This document shows, piece by piece, positions 47,917 to 57,003 of a stretch of 64,000 bases of DNA. Within the stretch, counting starts at the first letter, position 1; each line of letters starts with the position of its first letter. The stretch is from positions 32,001 to 96,000 of the IMG/VR virus record IMGVR_UViG_3300036770_003093, one strand, 5' to 3'. A model generated the notes under the pieces. The model was not told where the DNA came from, did no database searches, and saw only the letters and a program-made list of their open reading frames with translations. This DNA is from a virus (taxonomy: Duplodnaviria > Caudoviricetes). Position numbers and translations under genes: made by a program.

Positions 47917-48984
47917 ATGAACACTATCATTAAATCTTACAACATGGATAAAATAGCAGATGTTCTTGCTATAGAAAATCCTATTGCAAAAAGAATCGCT
48001 GTTGGAAAAAGCCCAATCAGTGGCTATGAAACATCTATTTGTGTCAAAGATGGTAAAACGTACTTTTCTTCAAGATACATGTGTACAGCCATAGGCAGTA
48101 CTGGAAATGTATATCTTAAGATCGATACACAATGCGGTTTTACTTATGATGGTAAAACTATCAAATACTGGTTTGGTAAGAGTCCTTTTCAGCATTTATC
48201 ACAAGAAGATCTATACGCGCTTATGACGCATTTAGGCTTAGATTGGATTAAGTCTAAAGAATTCAACAGCCTATATTTTCATTACAAAAGTGTTGTTCTT
48301 AAAATCTTACAAGGTAAAATCACAAACTTTGAAGATTTGTACAAGGCTATCATGAAAAGCATGCGTGTCAAGAACTGCTCACCAAAACTGTTTGAAAAGG
48401 TTTTAAATCATATGAGAAGATTTCAAATCAGTCAACTGGTAAGAGTTACCGAAAATCACGGCGAGCAGTTTATAGCGTACATGAAACAGGATAAGAATCT
48501 GCAAATACTTGGAGACACCATAGAACAAGCAGTACTACTTGGTGAAAAGATAGATCTTCGTTGGTCGAATAAAAGACTAAATGAAGTTCACACGGATTTT
48601 ACCAGAAGGATAATGTTCTATGAAGCTGAAACTGTCAAAAATGTAGATTTTACCATTCCTGAAGTTAAGTATATAGCTGAAGAAAGGAACTTTGAGTACA
48701 TCTCTAACAACAGAAGGTTGTATGAAGAAGGCATGATACAGAAACATTGCGTTTACACTAACTACTCCAACATGTGTATAGACAAGAGATTTCTTGTTTT
48801 TAACATTGATGGTTACACACTTGGTGTGAACGTAAATAATTCTGTAGATAACTCTTCTGTATTCAATAAAAGGTTTACCTTTAATCAGCTTTATGGTAAA
48901 TTCAATGCTCCGGCGCCTATAGAGATAAGTCAAAAGGCAGAGCGTTTTATTGAAGAACTTAACTCTAGAGTTACTCTAAACTGA
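47917..48984 (+). CDS. PcfJ-like domain protein
   Basis: LNEVHTDF...LYEEGMIQKHCVYTNY motif. Confidence 0.65.
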   Translation: MNTIIKSYNMDKIADVLAIENPIAKRIAVGKSPISGYETSICVKDGKTYFSSRYMCTAIGSTGNVYLKIDTQCGFTYDGKTIKYWFGKSPFQHLSQEDLYALMTHLGLDWIKSKEFNSLYFHYKSVVLKILQGKITNFEDLYKAIMKSMRVKNCSPKLFEKVLNHMRRFQISQLVRVTENHGEQFIAYMKQDKNLQILGDTIEQAVLLGEKIDLRWSNKRLNEVHTDFTRRIMFYEAETVKNVDFTIPEVKYIAEERNFEYISNNRRLYEEGMIQKHCVYTNYSNMCIDKRFLVFNIDGYTLGVNVNNSVDNSSVFNKRFTFNQLYGKFNAPAPIEISQKAERFIEELNSRVTLN

Positions 48985-49101
48985 TTCCACGGCGGGTCTC
49001 CCACAACGTTTCCTAATTCCATCCCAACTCGGGGGGCCCGCCAAACTTATAGGTGGTAGTAAGTATACCTTTATAAACTTACAAACATTTATCTCAATTT
49101 T

Positions 49102-49326
49102 ATGTCACAATCCTTAAACGAAGCTCTAAACATCTCAGACGAAAGAGCAGATGAGCTTGCAAAAACATCTGTAGAAATCCTTAGAGCAAATGAAACGCTT
49201 GACCAGGCGTTAACAAGTTTGTATTCTGGAATTACAGGCAAAGAAGATCTTACTACAGAAGAAAAAGAAGCGATCTTCTCAATTTATGCCTTGGGACACT
49301 ATTTGTCCTCTTTTCGTCAATCCTAA
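49102..49326 (+). CDS. Hypothetical protein
   Basis: LNEALNIS start, similar to the next ORF (VNEALNIP). Confidence 0.6.
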   Translation: MSQSLNEALNISDERADELAKTSVEILRANETLDQALTSLYSGITGKEDLTTEEKEAIFSIYALGHYLSSFRQS

Positions 49327-49361
49327 ATCATTTAATCAATTAACCACTAAATCCATTTTTT

Positions 49362-49655
49362 ATGAACGTAAATGAAGCTTTAAACATTCCACAAAATTTG
49401 TGGGACCAAGATGACGAATTTGTAAACAAAGTTATCAAAGAGGATGATTCAACAGTAGCAAGCTGTCTTGAAAGTTCTGGAAATCACGTTAAAAGTGATG
49501 AGTTTAATATTAACGGTATTGAACTCTCATTGTATGAACGTAGACTTCTAGCAATTGGCTACATGGTAGGTTGCGAAATCATGAAATATAGGGTTCAAAA
49601 TGACCCAAGAGTCATGATGGACATGATTCGATCATTCAAAAAAATGTTTGACTAA
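49362..49655 (+). CDS. Hypothetical protein, probable paralog of the previous gene
   Basis: Shared NEALNI start and E-x(6)-Y-x-x-G helix. Confidence 0.6.
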   Translation: MNVNEALNIPQNLWDQDDEFVNKVIKEDDSTVASCLESSGNHVKSDEFNINGIELSLYERRLLAIGYMVGCEIMKYRVQNDPRVMMDMIRSFKKMFD

Positions 49656-49671
49656 ACTATCTTTGAACCAT

Positions 49672-49698
49672 GGGCGGGGAAACTAATCCCCGCCCTTT
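49672..49698 (+). terminator. Intrinsic terminator
   Basis: GGGCGGGGA/TCCCCGCCC plus TTT. Confidence 0.7.
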
Positions 49699-49712
49699 AT
49701 ACACAATCAATC

Positions 49713-50120
49713 ATGAAAAATCTATTATTTCTCTTATTACTGTTTATAGGAAGCGCTGCAAACGCTCAAAACATGATCTACATAGATCACACTTACGATG
49801 CAATGAAAGAAGCCCTAACAGAAGATGGGAACTACATTGACAAAGAAGAAGACTATAAAGGTCAAGTTGTAGTTACTATATTCTCTCATGAGCACCCGGA
49901 AAGAGTTGGTCTGTTGTTTTACAAAAATGGCGAATGTGTAACAAACGCTATCTTTTATAACGATATGCCTAAGTTTAACGCTGCAATCGAAGATTACAAC
50001 AAACATTTCGTAGTTTTAAGCAATAAATCGTGGAGAGTTTATGCAAAAGGTAATTCTTACCACGCATCTATAGAAACTACGAGTAAAAACAAGTTTTATA
50101 TTCTCTGGACTAGAGAGTAG
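49713..50120 (+). CDS. Secreted/periplasmic hypothetical protein
   Basis: Sec signal MKNLLFLLLLFIGSAANA-Q (Gln at +1, typical of Bacteroidota). Confidence 0.7.
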   Translation: MKNLLFLLLLFIGSAANAQNMIYIDHTYDAMKEALTEDGNYIDKEEDYKGQVVVTIFSHEHPERVGLLFYKNGECVTNAIFYNDMPKFNAAIEDYNKHFVVLSNKSWRVYAKGNSYHASIETTSKNKFYILWTRE

Positions 50121-50128
50121 ATAAACAT

Positions 50129-50251
50129 AGTCAGGTGGCGGAATGGTACGCAAAGATATAGGCTGTGGAAAATAACTTGTTATACAGCCAGCAATAAGCG
50201 ATGGATTGGTTATCCAGTATCTTTATACAGGTTCGAGTCCTGTTCCTGACA
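50129..50251 (+). ncRNA. tRNA-like RNA 1 lacking a canonical anticodon loop
   Basis: Acceptor GTCAGG/CCTGAC; D arm GCG-GAATGGTA-CGC; T arm ACAGG-TTCGAGT-CCTGT; branched insert in place of the anticodon loop. Confidence 0.7.
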
Positions 50252-50311
50252 AATCAATTCAGGTCTTGGTATTGCCCTGAAATTTTGTATATTTGTAGAA
50301 ATATAAATACT

Positions 50312-50692
50312 ATGAAACAACAGGGTGATACCGCTGAATTGAGATTTATGCTATTGAACCATGAGTTAGGATATATCGTGTCTAAACCATTTGGTGATAA
50401 TGCAAAGTACGATTTAATTGTAGATACAGGAGATAATCTTGAAAGAATACAAGTTAAATCAACAAGAAGAAAAGAAAATTCTTCAGGAATGGATTGTTAC
50501 AATTGCCTTGTTTGTTCAGGTGCTGATTCAAAACAACAGTACTTAGAAAAAGATGTGGATTATATAGCAATTTATGTTATACCTGAAAATGTTTGGTATA
50601 AAATACCACTAAAAGAAATTAAGGGTAAGACAGTAAAACTGTATCCTCATAGGAAATCTCAAAGAAACACCTATGAAAAATATAGAATATAA
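50312..50692 (+). CDS. PD-(D/E)XK homing endonuclease (group I intron-associated, I-Ssp6803I-like family), free-standing
   Basis: QGDTAE...SKPFGDNAKYDLIVD...RIQVKS...VDYIAIY; start MKQQG after TATATTTG. Confidence 0.85.
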   Translation: MKQQGDTAELRFMLLNHELGYIVSKPFGDNAKYDLIVDTGDNLERIQVKSTRRKENSSGMDCYNCLVCSGADSKQQYLEKDVDYIAIYVIPENVWYKIPLKEIKGKTVKLYPHRKSQRNTYEKYRI

Positions 50693-50721
50693 TCCTGTCC
50701 TGACTACTAAATATTAAAACG

Positions 50722-50925
50722 ATGATAACAATTTCAATATTATTAATTCTACTATACTCATACAGTATATATAAAATTAGAAAGGACTCTGGATCTTGGA
50801 AAGATTTTGATTTCTATGAGAGTAATATATTTGTTTATCTTATATTCTTATTTGGTACAGCAACAATTGTCTTAAGCATAATATCTCTTATGATTTATGC
50901 GGTAAATAATAATATTGTACCTTAA
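50722..50925 (+). CDS. Small membrane protein
   Basis: Two hydrophobic segments. Confidence 0.55.
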   Translation: MITISILLILLYSYSIYKIRKDSGSWKDFDFYESNIFVYLIFLFGTATIVLSIISLMIYAVNNNIVP

Positions 50926-50935
50926 ATAATAATAT

Positions 50936-51034
50936 AGTCAGGTGGCAGAATTGGTAACAGTTCCTGGGCTATTAAGGATGCTGGAAACGGTAGATAGAGA
51001 GATTCTTAATGCGGGTTCGATTCCCGCCCTGGCT
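50936..51034 (+). ncRNA. tRNA-like RNA 2 lacking a canonical anticodon arm
   Basis: Acceptor AGTCAGG/CCTGGCT; TGGCAGAATTGGTAA D-loop; T arm GCGGG-TTCGATT-CCCGC; ATTAAGGAT/ATTCTTAAT helix. Confidence 0.7.
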
Positions 51035-51049
51035 CCTAATTTAAAACAA

Positions 51050-51187
51050 ATGGAAGAATTAGATAAAAAGTTTCAAGAATTAGGTTGGAGAGACACAACC
51101 GAGGCATATTATGGATTGGATTTTACTCCTTTCATGAGTATCATTATAGAACACATTTCAGAAATCTCTAAAAAACAAGAACTATGA
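51050..51187 (+). CDS. Hypothetical protein, 45 aa
   Basis: Start MEELDKK after the tRNA-like RNA; coupled to the next gene. Confidence 0.5.
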   Translation: MEELDKKFQELGWRDTTEAYYGLDFTPFMSIIIEHISEISKKQEL

Positions 51188-51543
51188 AAGGATTAATCTT
51201 ATTTAAGCTCATATCTGCTATGATAATGGTAGAGAGTGGTGGTAACCCTAATGCATTTAACCCTAAAGAAGATGCCGCAGGTGTACTACAAATCAGGCCA
51301 ATTATGGTCGCTGAACTTAACAGATTAGGAATAGAGTTTAGTCTTGATGACAGATACTCTAAAACAAAATCTGTAGAAGCATTTGAGAAATGGGTTGAAA
51401 TCAAGAACTATACTAATCCAGAGGTAATTGCTAGAAAATGGAATGGTGGTCCTAGTGGCCACCTTAAACCTACTACTCTTAACTACTGGAGAAAGGTTAG
51501 TAATTTGATGTACCCCAAATTTTATAAATGTGACCTCAGATGA
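51184..51543 (+). CDS. Lysozyme-fold protein (lytic transglycosylase/destabilase-like)
   Basis: MVESGGNPNA...AAGVLQI...ARKWNGG. Confidence 0.75.
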   Translation: MKGLILFKLISAMIMVESGGNPNAFNPKEDAAGVLQIRPIMVAELNRLGIEFSLDDRYSKTKSVEAFEKWVEIKNYTNPEVIARKWNGGPSGHLKPTTLNYWRKVSNLMYPKFYKCDLR

Positions 51544-51968
51544 AGATTCCACAAACACCTAAAGATTTTGTAAAAGACATCTTAGAACTTTTGGAAAGAA
51601 ACACATATCAAGGCTTTGAAAAAGAGTATTTGTATGCAATGTACCTAGAGCTTGTTAGTAAGGAAAAGTTTCCGCAGCCTAAATTTAAAGTTGGTGAATA
51701 TGTATATGTTCATACAAAAAACTTAGGCTACGGTTACAGCGAAGAAAATTCTCAAAAGAAAGATCTTATATTCTTCATTGACAACGCTCCTTATGTGATG
51801 GGTATAATCACAGACTTTTCTATTTATAATAGAAGATCTTATGAGGTTAAAACCTATTTTGCTGATAACCGTGATCCTGAAAAAGAATCTGATATAAAAA
51901 GGTTTACTGAAAGCGAACTCATAAAAATGTCAGAATACTGTAAGAATCCCTTGTTAGAAAAAGATTGA
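51540..51968 (+). CDS. Hypothetical protein (KOW/SH3-like)
   Basis: KFKVGEYV...FTESELI. Confidence 0.55.
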   Translation: MKIPQTPKDFVKDILELLERNTYQGFEKEYLYAMYLELVSKEKFPQPKFKVGEYVYVHTKNLGYGYSEENSQKKDLIFFIDNAPYVMGIITDFSIYNRRSYEVKTYFADNRDPEKESDIKRFTESELIKMSEYCKNPLLEKD

Positions 51969-52038
51969 CAGAGAGGTAGATTGTTTATATATGGGGAGGT
52001 GAGAAGTCTCCCCATTTATAAATTTTATTTATTTAACT

Positions 52039-52314
52039 TTGCTCGTGCTGTATCAATTACCAAACGGAAAAGTAATCTCAATGTCACTTGAGCAATACCT
52101 TCAGTTAGATCATGAAGAGATACAATTCTTGATTTCTCTTGATTGTGGCAGCATAATTCACAACCCATTTAGTGGGTCCTCAATTAATAAATCTCAAAGA
52201 TACTATGATCCTGACCTTGATGAGATTGTAGATGATAATGAAGATATAGAATCTTTTGAAGATATAATTGTTGATGATATCGACTTATTAGAGGACATAG
52301 ATCCTCTCGAATAA
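52039..52314 (+). CDS. Acidic hypothetical protein
   Basis: YQLPNGKVI...NPFSGS, D/E-rich tail. Confidence 0.55.
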   Translation: MLVLYQLPNGKVISMSLEQYLQLDHEEIQFLISLDCGSIIHNPFSGSSINKSQRYYDPDLDEIVDDNEDIESFEDIIVDDIDLLEDIDPLE

Positions 52315-52409
52315 TATTGCAACACGAAGTTGTGATACTCTACTGTGCATAAAGGCCCGTGCGCAGTGGAGTTTTTTAATTTTGGGCTTAACCAATTCAA
52401 TCATTTTTT

Positions 52410-52946
52410 ATGAACCCAGTTGTAGTAACAGCAGACCAACTTGGAAATGTAATCATCCCTAGCGAGAATAACGCTGAATGGGGACATGTCAGGGTAGAAC
52501 AAACCCGAGTACAAATTGATGACAAAGGATTCTTGCGCAAATCTAAAATGAGCGCTCTTATCCATGGTAAAATGGAAGATCTCACAGAAATGGGATTCTT
52601 CAAAGGCCAAAAGTTGCCTGGTAAAATCGTCGTAATCGAGTCTTTAGAGCCATTTAATACTAAAGAACCGGCACGCGATTACAAAGTTGCTGGTGCTACC
52701 GGTGTTGTTTGTTGCGTTGATGGTCAACCCATCTACCGTAAAACATTCTTCCGTGAAGATATCAATGCACAAGATGAAACCATTCAGCACAACAACACAG
52801 ATGATATCAAAGCTGCTTATCAAGCAACCTTGGCATCTACTCGTGTTCAACCTACTTTTGAAGAAGAAGAGGTTGAAGAAGAGGAAGAAGTGTTCGCCGG
52901 TGATGATGACAGCGATGACACCATCCAAGGCACATTTGATCTGTAA
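52410..52946 (+). CDS. Conserved protein with acidic C-terminal tail (possible ssDNA-binding)
   Basis: Beta-rich core plus EEEE/DDD tail ending FDL; followed by a hairpin at 52965-52985. Confidence 0.5.
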   Translation: MNPVVVTADQLGNVIIPSENNAEWGHVRVEQTRVQIDDKGFLRKSKMSALIHGKMEDLTEMGFFKGQKLPGKIVVIESLEPFNTKEPARDYKVAGATGVVCCVDGQPIYRKTFFREDINAQDETIQHNNTDDIKAAYQATLASTRVQPTFEEEEVEEEEEVFAGDDDSDDTIQGTFDL

Positions 52947-53021
52947 TTATGTATTAACGATAACGGGGGCTCCTAGTGGGCCCCCAATATCAAAATTGTA
53001 AATTAAATCTATCTATCAATC

Positions 53022-53519
53022 ATGTCACAAAAACCTTATTCAAAACCAATGTACTCTGGCAAAATGCAGGAGTACCAAGTCTCTCCCAAGCGAGTAATGA
53101 ATTATGAAAAAGATGAATTCTCGCAGTACCAAAACTTTCTTTATCACAGAGCTATATATGGCTTAAAAGTGTATGAAGAAACAGAACTTAAAGTTATGAG
53201 CAAACAGAAAAAATCTCGTATCTTTAAAGTTCATAAGAGAGCACAGCAAGTCATCAATCTAATGAAACACGAAGTTGTAATGGATCGCACAAACCGGTTA
53301 TTTACCGCATTGTTCCCTAAAAGCAGCCTCGTGCAAGAGTTACTTGCTGAAAAAGAACCCTCCTTAGAAGTAGTAAATACCTCTTCTTTTAAAGAACTCA
53401 ACATCTCTAAGAAAGATTTAGTTGAGAGATTTATTAAAGAGCGTATTTTACCACCAAACTTCTATCAACTTGAACAAGATCCTAATTTTCTACCTCGACT
53501 AAAAGCTTGTGAAAGCTAA
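53022..53519 (+). CDS. Hypothetical protein
   Basis: 165 aa ORF. Confidence 0.6.
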   Translation: MSQKPYSKPMYSGKMQEYQVSPKRVMNYEKDEFSQYQNFLYHRAIYGLKVYEETELKVMSKQKKSRIFKVHKRAQQVINLMKHEVVMDRTNRLFTALFPKSSLVQELLAEKEPSLEVVNTSSFKELNISKKDLVERFIKERILPPNFYQLEQDPNFLPRLKACES

Positions 53520-53910
53520 AAAGAAAATATGTTCGTCTTGTAAAAGGGAGTCCCTCATATGGAAGAGCGTGGGGCGTGAAAAGTATTGTAAATCATGCTG
53601 GAGTTGCCAAAAACCTAGTCAAGAATTGCAGACTAAAAAACCAATACGCCCCCGCTCTCCTAAGAGGGTTTTAGATGATGCTCTGTACACAAAACTCAGA
53701 AAAGTATTCATGGATAAAAATCCATTGTGTAAAGCTAATCTTCCAGGATGTACGCTGAATGCTACAGATGTGCATCATAAAGCTGGTCGCACTGGCGATA
53801 ATCATTTAAAAGAATCAACCTGGCTGCCTGTATGTAGAACCTGTCATAATTATATTCATGACAAACTTAGCATGGAGGACGCCATAACTCTAAATCTTAG
53901 AACACGATGA
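53509..53910 (+). CDS. HNH-type nuclease with zinc finger
   Basis: CSSC/CKSC; C-x5-C...DVHHKAGR...VCRTCHNYIH. Confidence 0.75.
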   Translation: MKAKKKICSSCKRESLIWKSVGREKYCKSCWSCQKPSQELQTKKPIRPRSPKRVLDDALYTKLRKVFMDKNPLCKANLPGCTLNATDVHHKAGRTGDNHLKESTWLPVCRTCHNYIHDKLSMEDAITLNLRTR

Positions 53911-54006
53911 CTTACACAACCTATGACATAGTATTTTCACTGATATACTTACTAATAGTATTAGCAATATTTCTAGTTACAATTATCGCAATAACAAATA
54001 GTTTAA

Positions 54007-55095
54007 ATGACACGAGATCAGATACAAGGAGAAGCGCTGGTAGCTTTAAAAGGAAAAAAGAAAGCTGGTTTAGCTGTAAGCGTTGGCGTAGGTAAAACGC
54101 TAATCGCATTAAAACACATAGACTCTCTTTATACAGAGAACCTAACGGTTTTAGTAGTTGCCCCAAAGAAGAGTATTTTCCAATCTTGGAAAGATGAAGC
54201 TAAAAAACATAACCTCGAGCATTTACTCGAGCACATTAGCTTTACAACATACTTATCTTTGAATAAACAGAGTATCCATTACGATGTAGTTTACCTAGAC
54301 GAGTGTCACTCTTTGTTGTTTTCACATCAAGATTGGTTAGCAAACTATACCGGCGCCGTGATTGGCTTAACAGGCACGCCACCTAAATACAAATCTTCTG
54401 AGAAAGGTATTATGGTTGAACGCTATTGCCCAATCGTATACCGGTATATTACTGATGACGCAGTTAAAGACGAGATTCTTAACGATTATAGAATCAAAGT
54501 TCATATGCTTAAGCTTAATCCTAATAAGTCTATTTGTAAGACAAGCAAGGATGGCCGCCGCTCTTGGTATACTAGCGAACTAGCAGAGTATAATTACTGG
54601 ACCCAGGCAACAATCACAGCTAATTCTCCTAAACAACAACAGATCATGCGTATAATGCGCATGAAAGCGTTAATGGAGTTCCCGAGCAAAGAACAATATG
54701 CTCAAAAGCTGTTTAATGCCAGCCAGGAGAAATGCATTCTCTTTACCAACACACAAAAGCAGGCTGATAAGATGTGTAGCCACAGTTATCATTCTAACAA
54801 TCCCCAATCTGAAGAGAACCTGGAAGATTTTAAGAATGGATATATAACTAAGCTATCCTGCGTATTACAGCTTAATGAAGGTGTTAATATCCCCAATCTT
54901 AAAGAAGGGATTATTATGCACGCATATGGTAATGAGCGCAAATCTAGTCAGCGCATAGGTCGATTATTACGTTTATCTGCAGATCAAACAGCGACTATAC
55001 ACATTTTGTGTTATGTTAACACCATAGATGAAAAGTGGGTTAACGAAGCCATTTCTCACCTAGACTTAACAAAAGTAGAAATCATAATTGTTTAA
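54007..55095 (+). CDS. Superfamily 2 (DExH) helicase
   Basis: GVGKT, DECH, LTGT, LNEGVNIP, QRIGRLLR. Confidence 0.9.
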   Translation: MTRDQIQGEALVALKGKKKAGLAVSVGVGKTLIALKHIDSLYTENLTVLVVAPKKSIFQSWKDEAKKHNLEHLLEHISFTTYLSLNKQSIHYDVVYLDECHSLLFSHQDWLANYTGAVIGLTGTPPKYKSSEKGIMVERYCPIVYRYITDDAVKDEILNDYRIKVHMLKLNPNKSICKTSKDGRRSWYTSELAEYNYWTQATITANSPKQQQIMRIMRMKALMEFPSKEQYAQKLFNASQEKCILFTNTQKQADKMCSHSYHSNNPQSEENLEDFKNGYITKLSCVLQLNEGVNIPNLKEGIIMHAYGNERKSSQRIGRLLRLSADQTATIHILCYVNTIDEKWVNEAISHLDLTKVEIIIV

Positions 55096-55097
55096 CT

Positions 55098-55271
55098 ATG
55101 TACTCATCAAATTTACCACCGGGGACCTCAGATAAAGACTTTGAAAGAAATCTTTGTCCTAACTGTGATTCTGAAATTATTTCAGAGATGTCTCAAGATG
55201 AAATTTCTGGATTAAAACTGTGTCCAACATGTATACAAGAATATCGCTACGACAATGAAGATAGAGAATAA
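55098..55271 (+). CDS. Small zinc-finger protein, 57 aa (not in ORF track)
   Basis: Hand translation MYSSNLPPG...CPNC...CPTC...EDRE. Confidence 0.6.
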   Translation: MYSSNLPPGTSDKDFERNLCPNCDSEIISEMSQDEISGLKLCPTCIQEYRYDNEDRE

Positions 55272-55671
55272 AGACATACTGCTTGGCGTTTTAAACTGTA
55301 CACCTAAAGAGCTAAGAAAATTAAAAAAGCTTTTTAAAAAGCTCCATAAGTATAATATAACCCTTGATGAAGTAATTACTACAGCAAGGGGACAATATAT
55401 TACTCAAACGGAGCCTTTGACATATGGAAAACTAGTCAAAACATCTTTTTACATGTTACATGGTTTACTCATAGCTTATTTCTATGGGCGAGCCAAAAAT
55501 GCAAAAACAGATAAAGAGCTTAACATGGTCGAACTCTTTATTGAAAAGGTAAGCTACTCACCAAATCTTGAAAAACTAAAGTTTGATAACTTACTAGATG
55601 ATCTACCACTAGACGGTGATTTATCTGAAGACTATGATTATTTTATTTATCTCTTAAACCAAAAACCATGA
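55255..55671 (+). CDS. Hypothetical protein
   Basis: 138 aa, coupled to neighbours. Confidence 0.55.
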   Translation: MKIENKDILLGVLNCTPKELRKLKKLFKKLHKYNITLDEVITTARGQYITQTEPLTYGKLVKTSFYMLHGLLIAYFYGRAKNAKTDKELNMVELFIEKVSYSPNLEKLKFDNLLDDLPLDGDLSEDYDYFIYLLNQKP

Positions 55672-56024
55672 CAACAGACATTAAAGCAACAAAAAAGAAA
55701 CTTGAGCTAATCAAGAGAATTTACGAGCACATTGAGCAAAATGATGTAAAAAATGCTAGAGATCTTAGAACCGAAATGAAATGCGATTCTAGATTAATAG
55801 GCTTTCTATTTAAAAACAACCTTATCAAAAAAGAAAATGGTAAGCTTGTAATTGGTAGAAACTCTACACCATCTATTGCTTTAGCAAGAACTTATCAAAG
55901 TTACATTGAAGTTGAAAATGCTAAATCAAGAAGTATGAAAAAAGGTAGAAATACTGAAAAAGGAATCGCTCCAACAAGAAGAACCTTTAGTATCTTATGG
56001 GGTTTATTTAAGATTTCCTGGTAA
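55668..56024 (+). CDS. Basic hypothetical protein (possible HTH)
   Basis: C-terminal FSILWGLFKISW; hairpin at 56033-56059. Confidence 0.55.
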   Translation: MTTDIKATKKKLELIKRIYEHIEQNDVKNARDLRTEMKCDSRLIGFLFKNNLIKKENGKLVIGRNSTPSIALARTYQSYIEVENAKSRSMKKGRNTEKGIAPTRRTFSILWGLFKISW

Positions 56025-56074
56025 TTTAATTAGCGCCCTCCTGTTTATAAGGAGGGCGCATTAACCCAAAGCTT

Positions 56075-56620
56075 ATGTTTCCTGAATTTGTAATATTTAC
56101 CGGCCCCATGTTTGGCGGTAAAACCACTAGGTTATTATCCGTGCTAGAAAGAGCGCGGTACCAAAAGAAAAAGATTATTCTTTACAAACCCAAGATAGAT
56201 TCTAGATACTCTCTAGATCATGTATTAACCCATAGCGGTTTATCTTGGGAATGTAAAACCGTTGTTACTGGAGATGACATCTTAACTAACAGCAAAGATT
56301 ATGATATCATTGCTGTAGATGAAGCATTTCTAATCCAAGGTTTATCTCAAGCGTTATTAACGCTGTTTAAACAAGGTAAGACTATATACGTAAGTAGTAT
56401 TCAATTATCAGCAGAAGGTGAGCCTTTTGATGAGATAAAAGAGATTTTACCCTACGCCACAAAGATAGAGATCTGTCCCGCGGTGTGTCCTATCACCAGC
56501 CAAGATGCTTATTACACAATAGCTAAAGAAAAGACAGAACACTTTCAAGTTGGCGGTAGTGAAACATATGAACCAAGAAGTTTTTATTACTCAAAACTAT
56601 ACTTTAAGAACAAGCTATGA
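56075..56620 (+). CDS. tdk: Thymidine kinase
   Basis: GPMFGGKTT, KPKIDSRY, IAVDEA, VGGSETYEP. Confidence 0.9.
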   Translation: MFPEFVIFTGPMFGGKTTRLLSVLERARYQKKKIILYKPKIDSRYSLDHVLTHSGLSWECKTVVTGDDILTNSKDYDIIAVDEAFLIQGLSQALLTLFKQGKTIYVSSIQLSAEGEPFDEIKEILPYATKIEICPAVCPITSQDAYYTIAKEKTEHFQVGGSETYEPRSFYYSKLYFKNKL

Positions 56621-57003
56621 CACAACAAATTAAACCCGCATACGCAACCCCTGAACAAGCTAAATGGCTTAAAGAGAAAGGATTTGATGAGCTAACAACT
56701 GTATGGAGACAGCACGGAAATGGTGTATCTGGAGATGTTGAAGGTAAACGAGATTATTATAACAGAAAAGGTGATGTTTATATATCTTTACCCGAACAAC
56801 ATCAAGTAGTTGAATGGTTAAGAGTTAATCATGGTATTCATATTGAAATACTACTAGAAGAAAATAAACCTTGGAATAAATTTTATTACAGAATAATGAA
56901 AATAGGTCAATATTTTAGTTTAAGTCATGATGGTATTTATTCAGAAACACCACAAGAAGCTTATTCAGCAGCATTTGATTACATTTTAAATGATTTGATA
57001 TGA
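56617..57003 (+). CDS. Hypothetical protein (paralog of the next gene)
   Basis: AKWLKEKGFDE...P...V.EWLR..HG. Confidence 0.6.
   Translation: MTQQIKPAYATPEQAKWLKEKGFDELTTVWRQHGNGVSGDVEGKRDYYNRKGDVYISLPEQHQVVEWLRVNHGIHIEILLEENKPWNKFYYRIMKIGQYFSLSHDGIYSETPQEAYSAAFDYILNDLI

Noticed and set aside
50201-50311. N-terminal extension of the endonuclease ORF (and similarly 50942-51049)
   Set aside because: These overlap the tRNA-like structures; better starts lie at 50312 and 51050
50129-51034. Calling these canonical tRNA-Leu/Ser genes or a group I intron-split tRNA
   Set aside because: No 5-bp stem with 7-nt anticodon loop, and no group I P7 core or terminal G could be found
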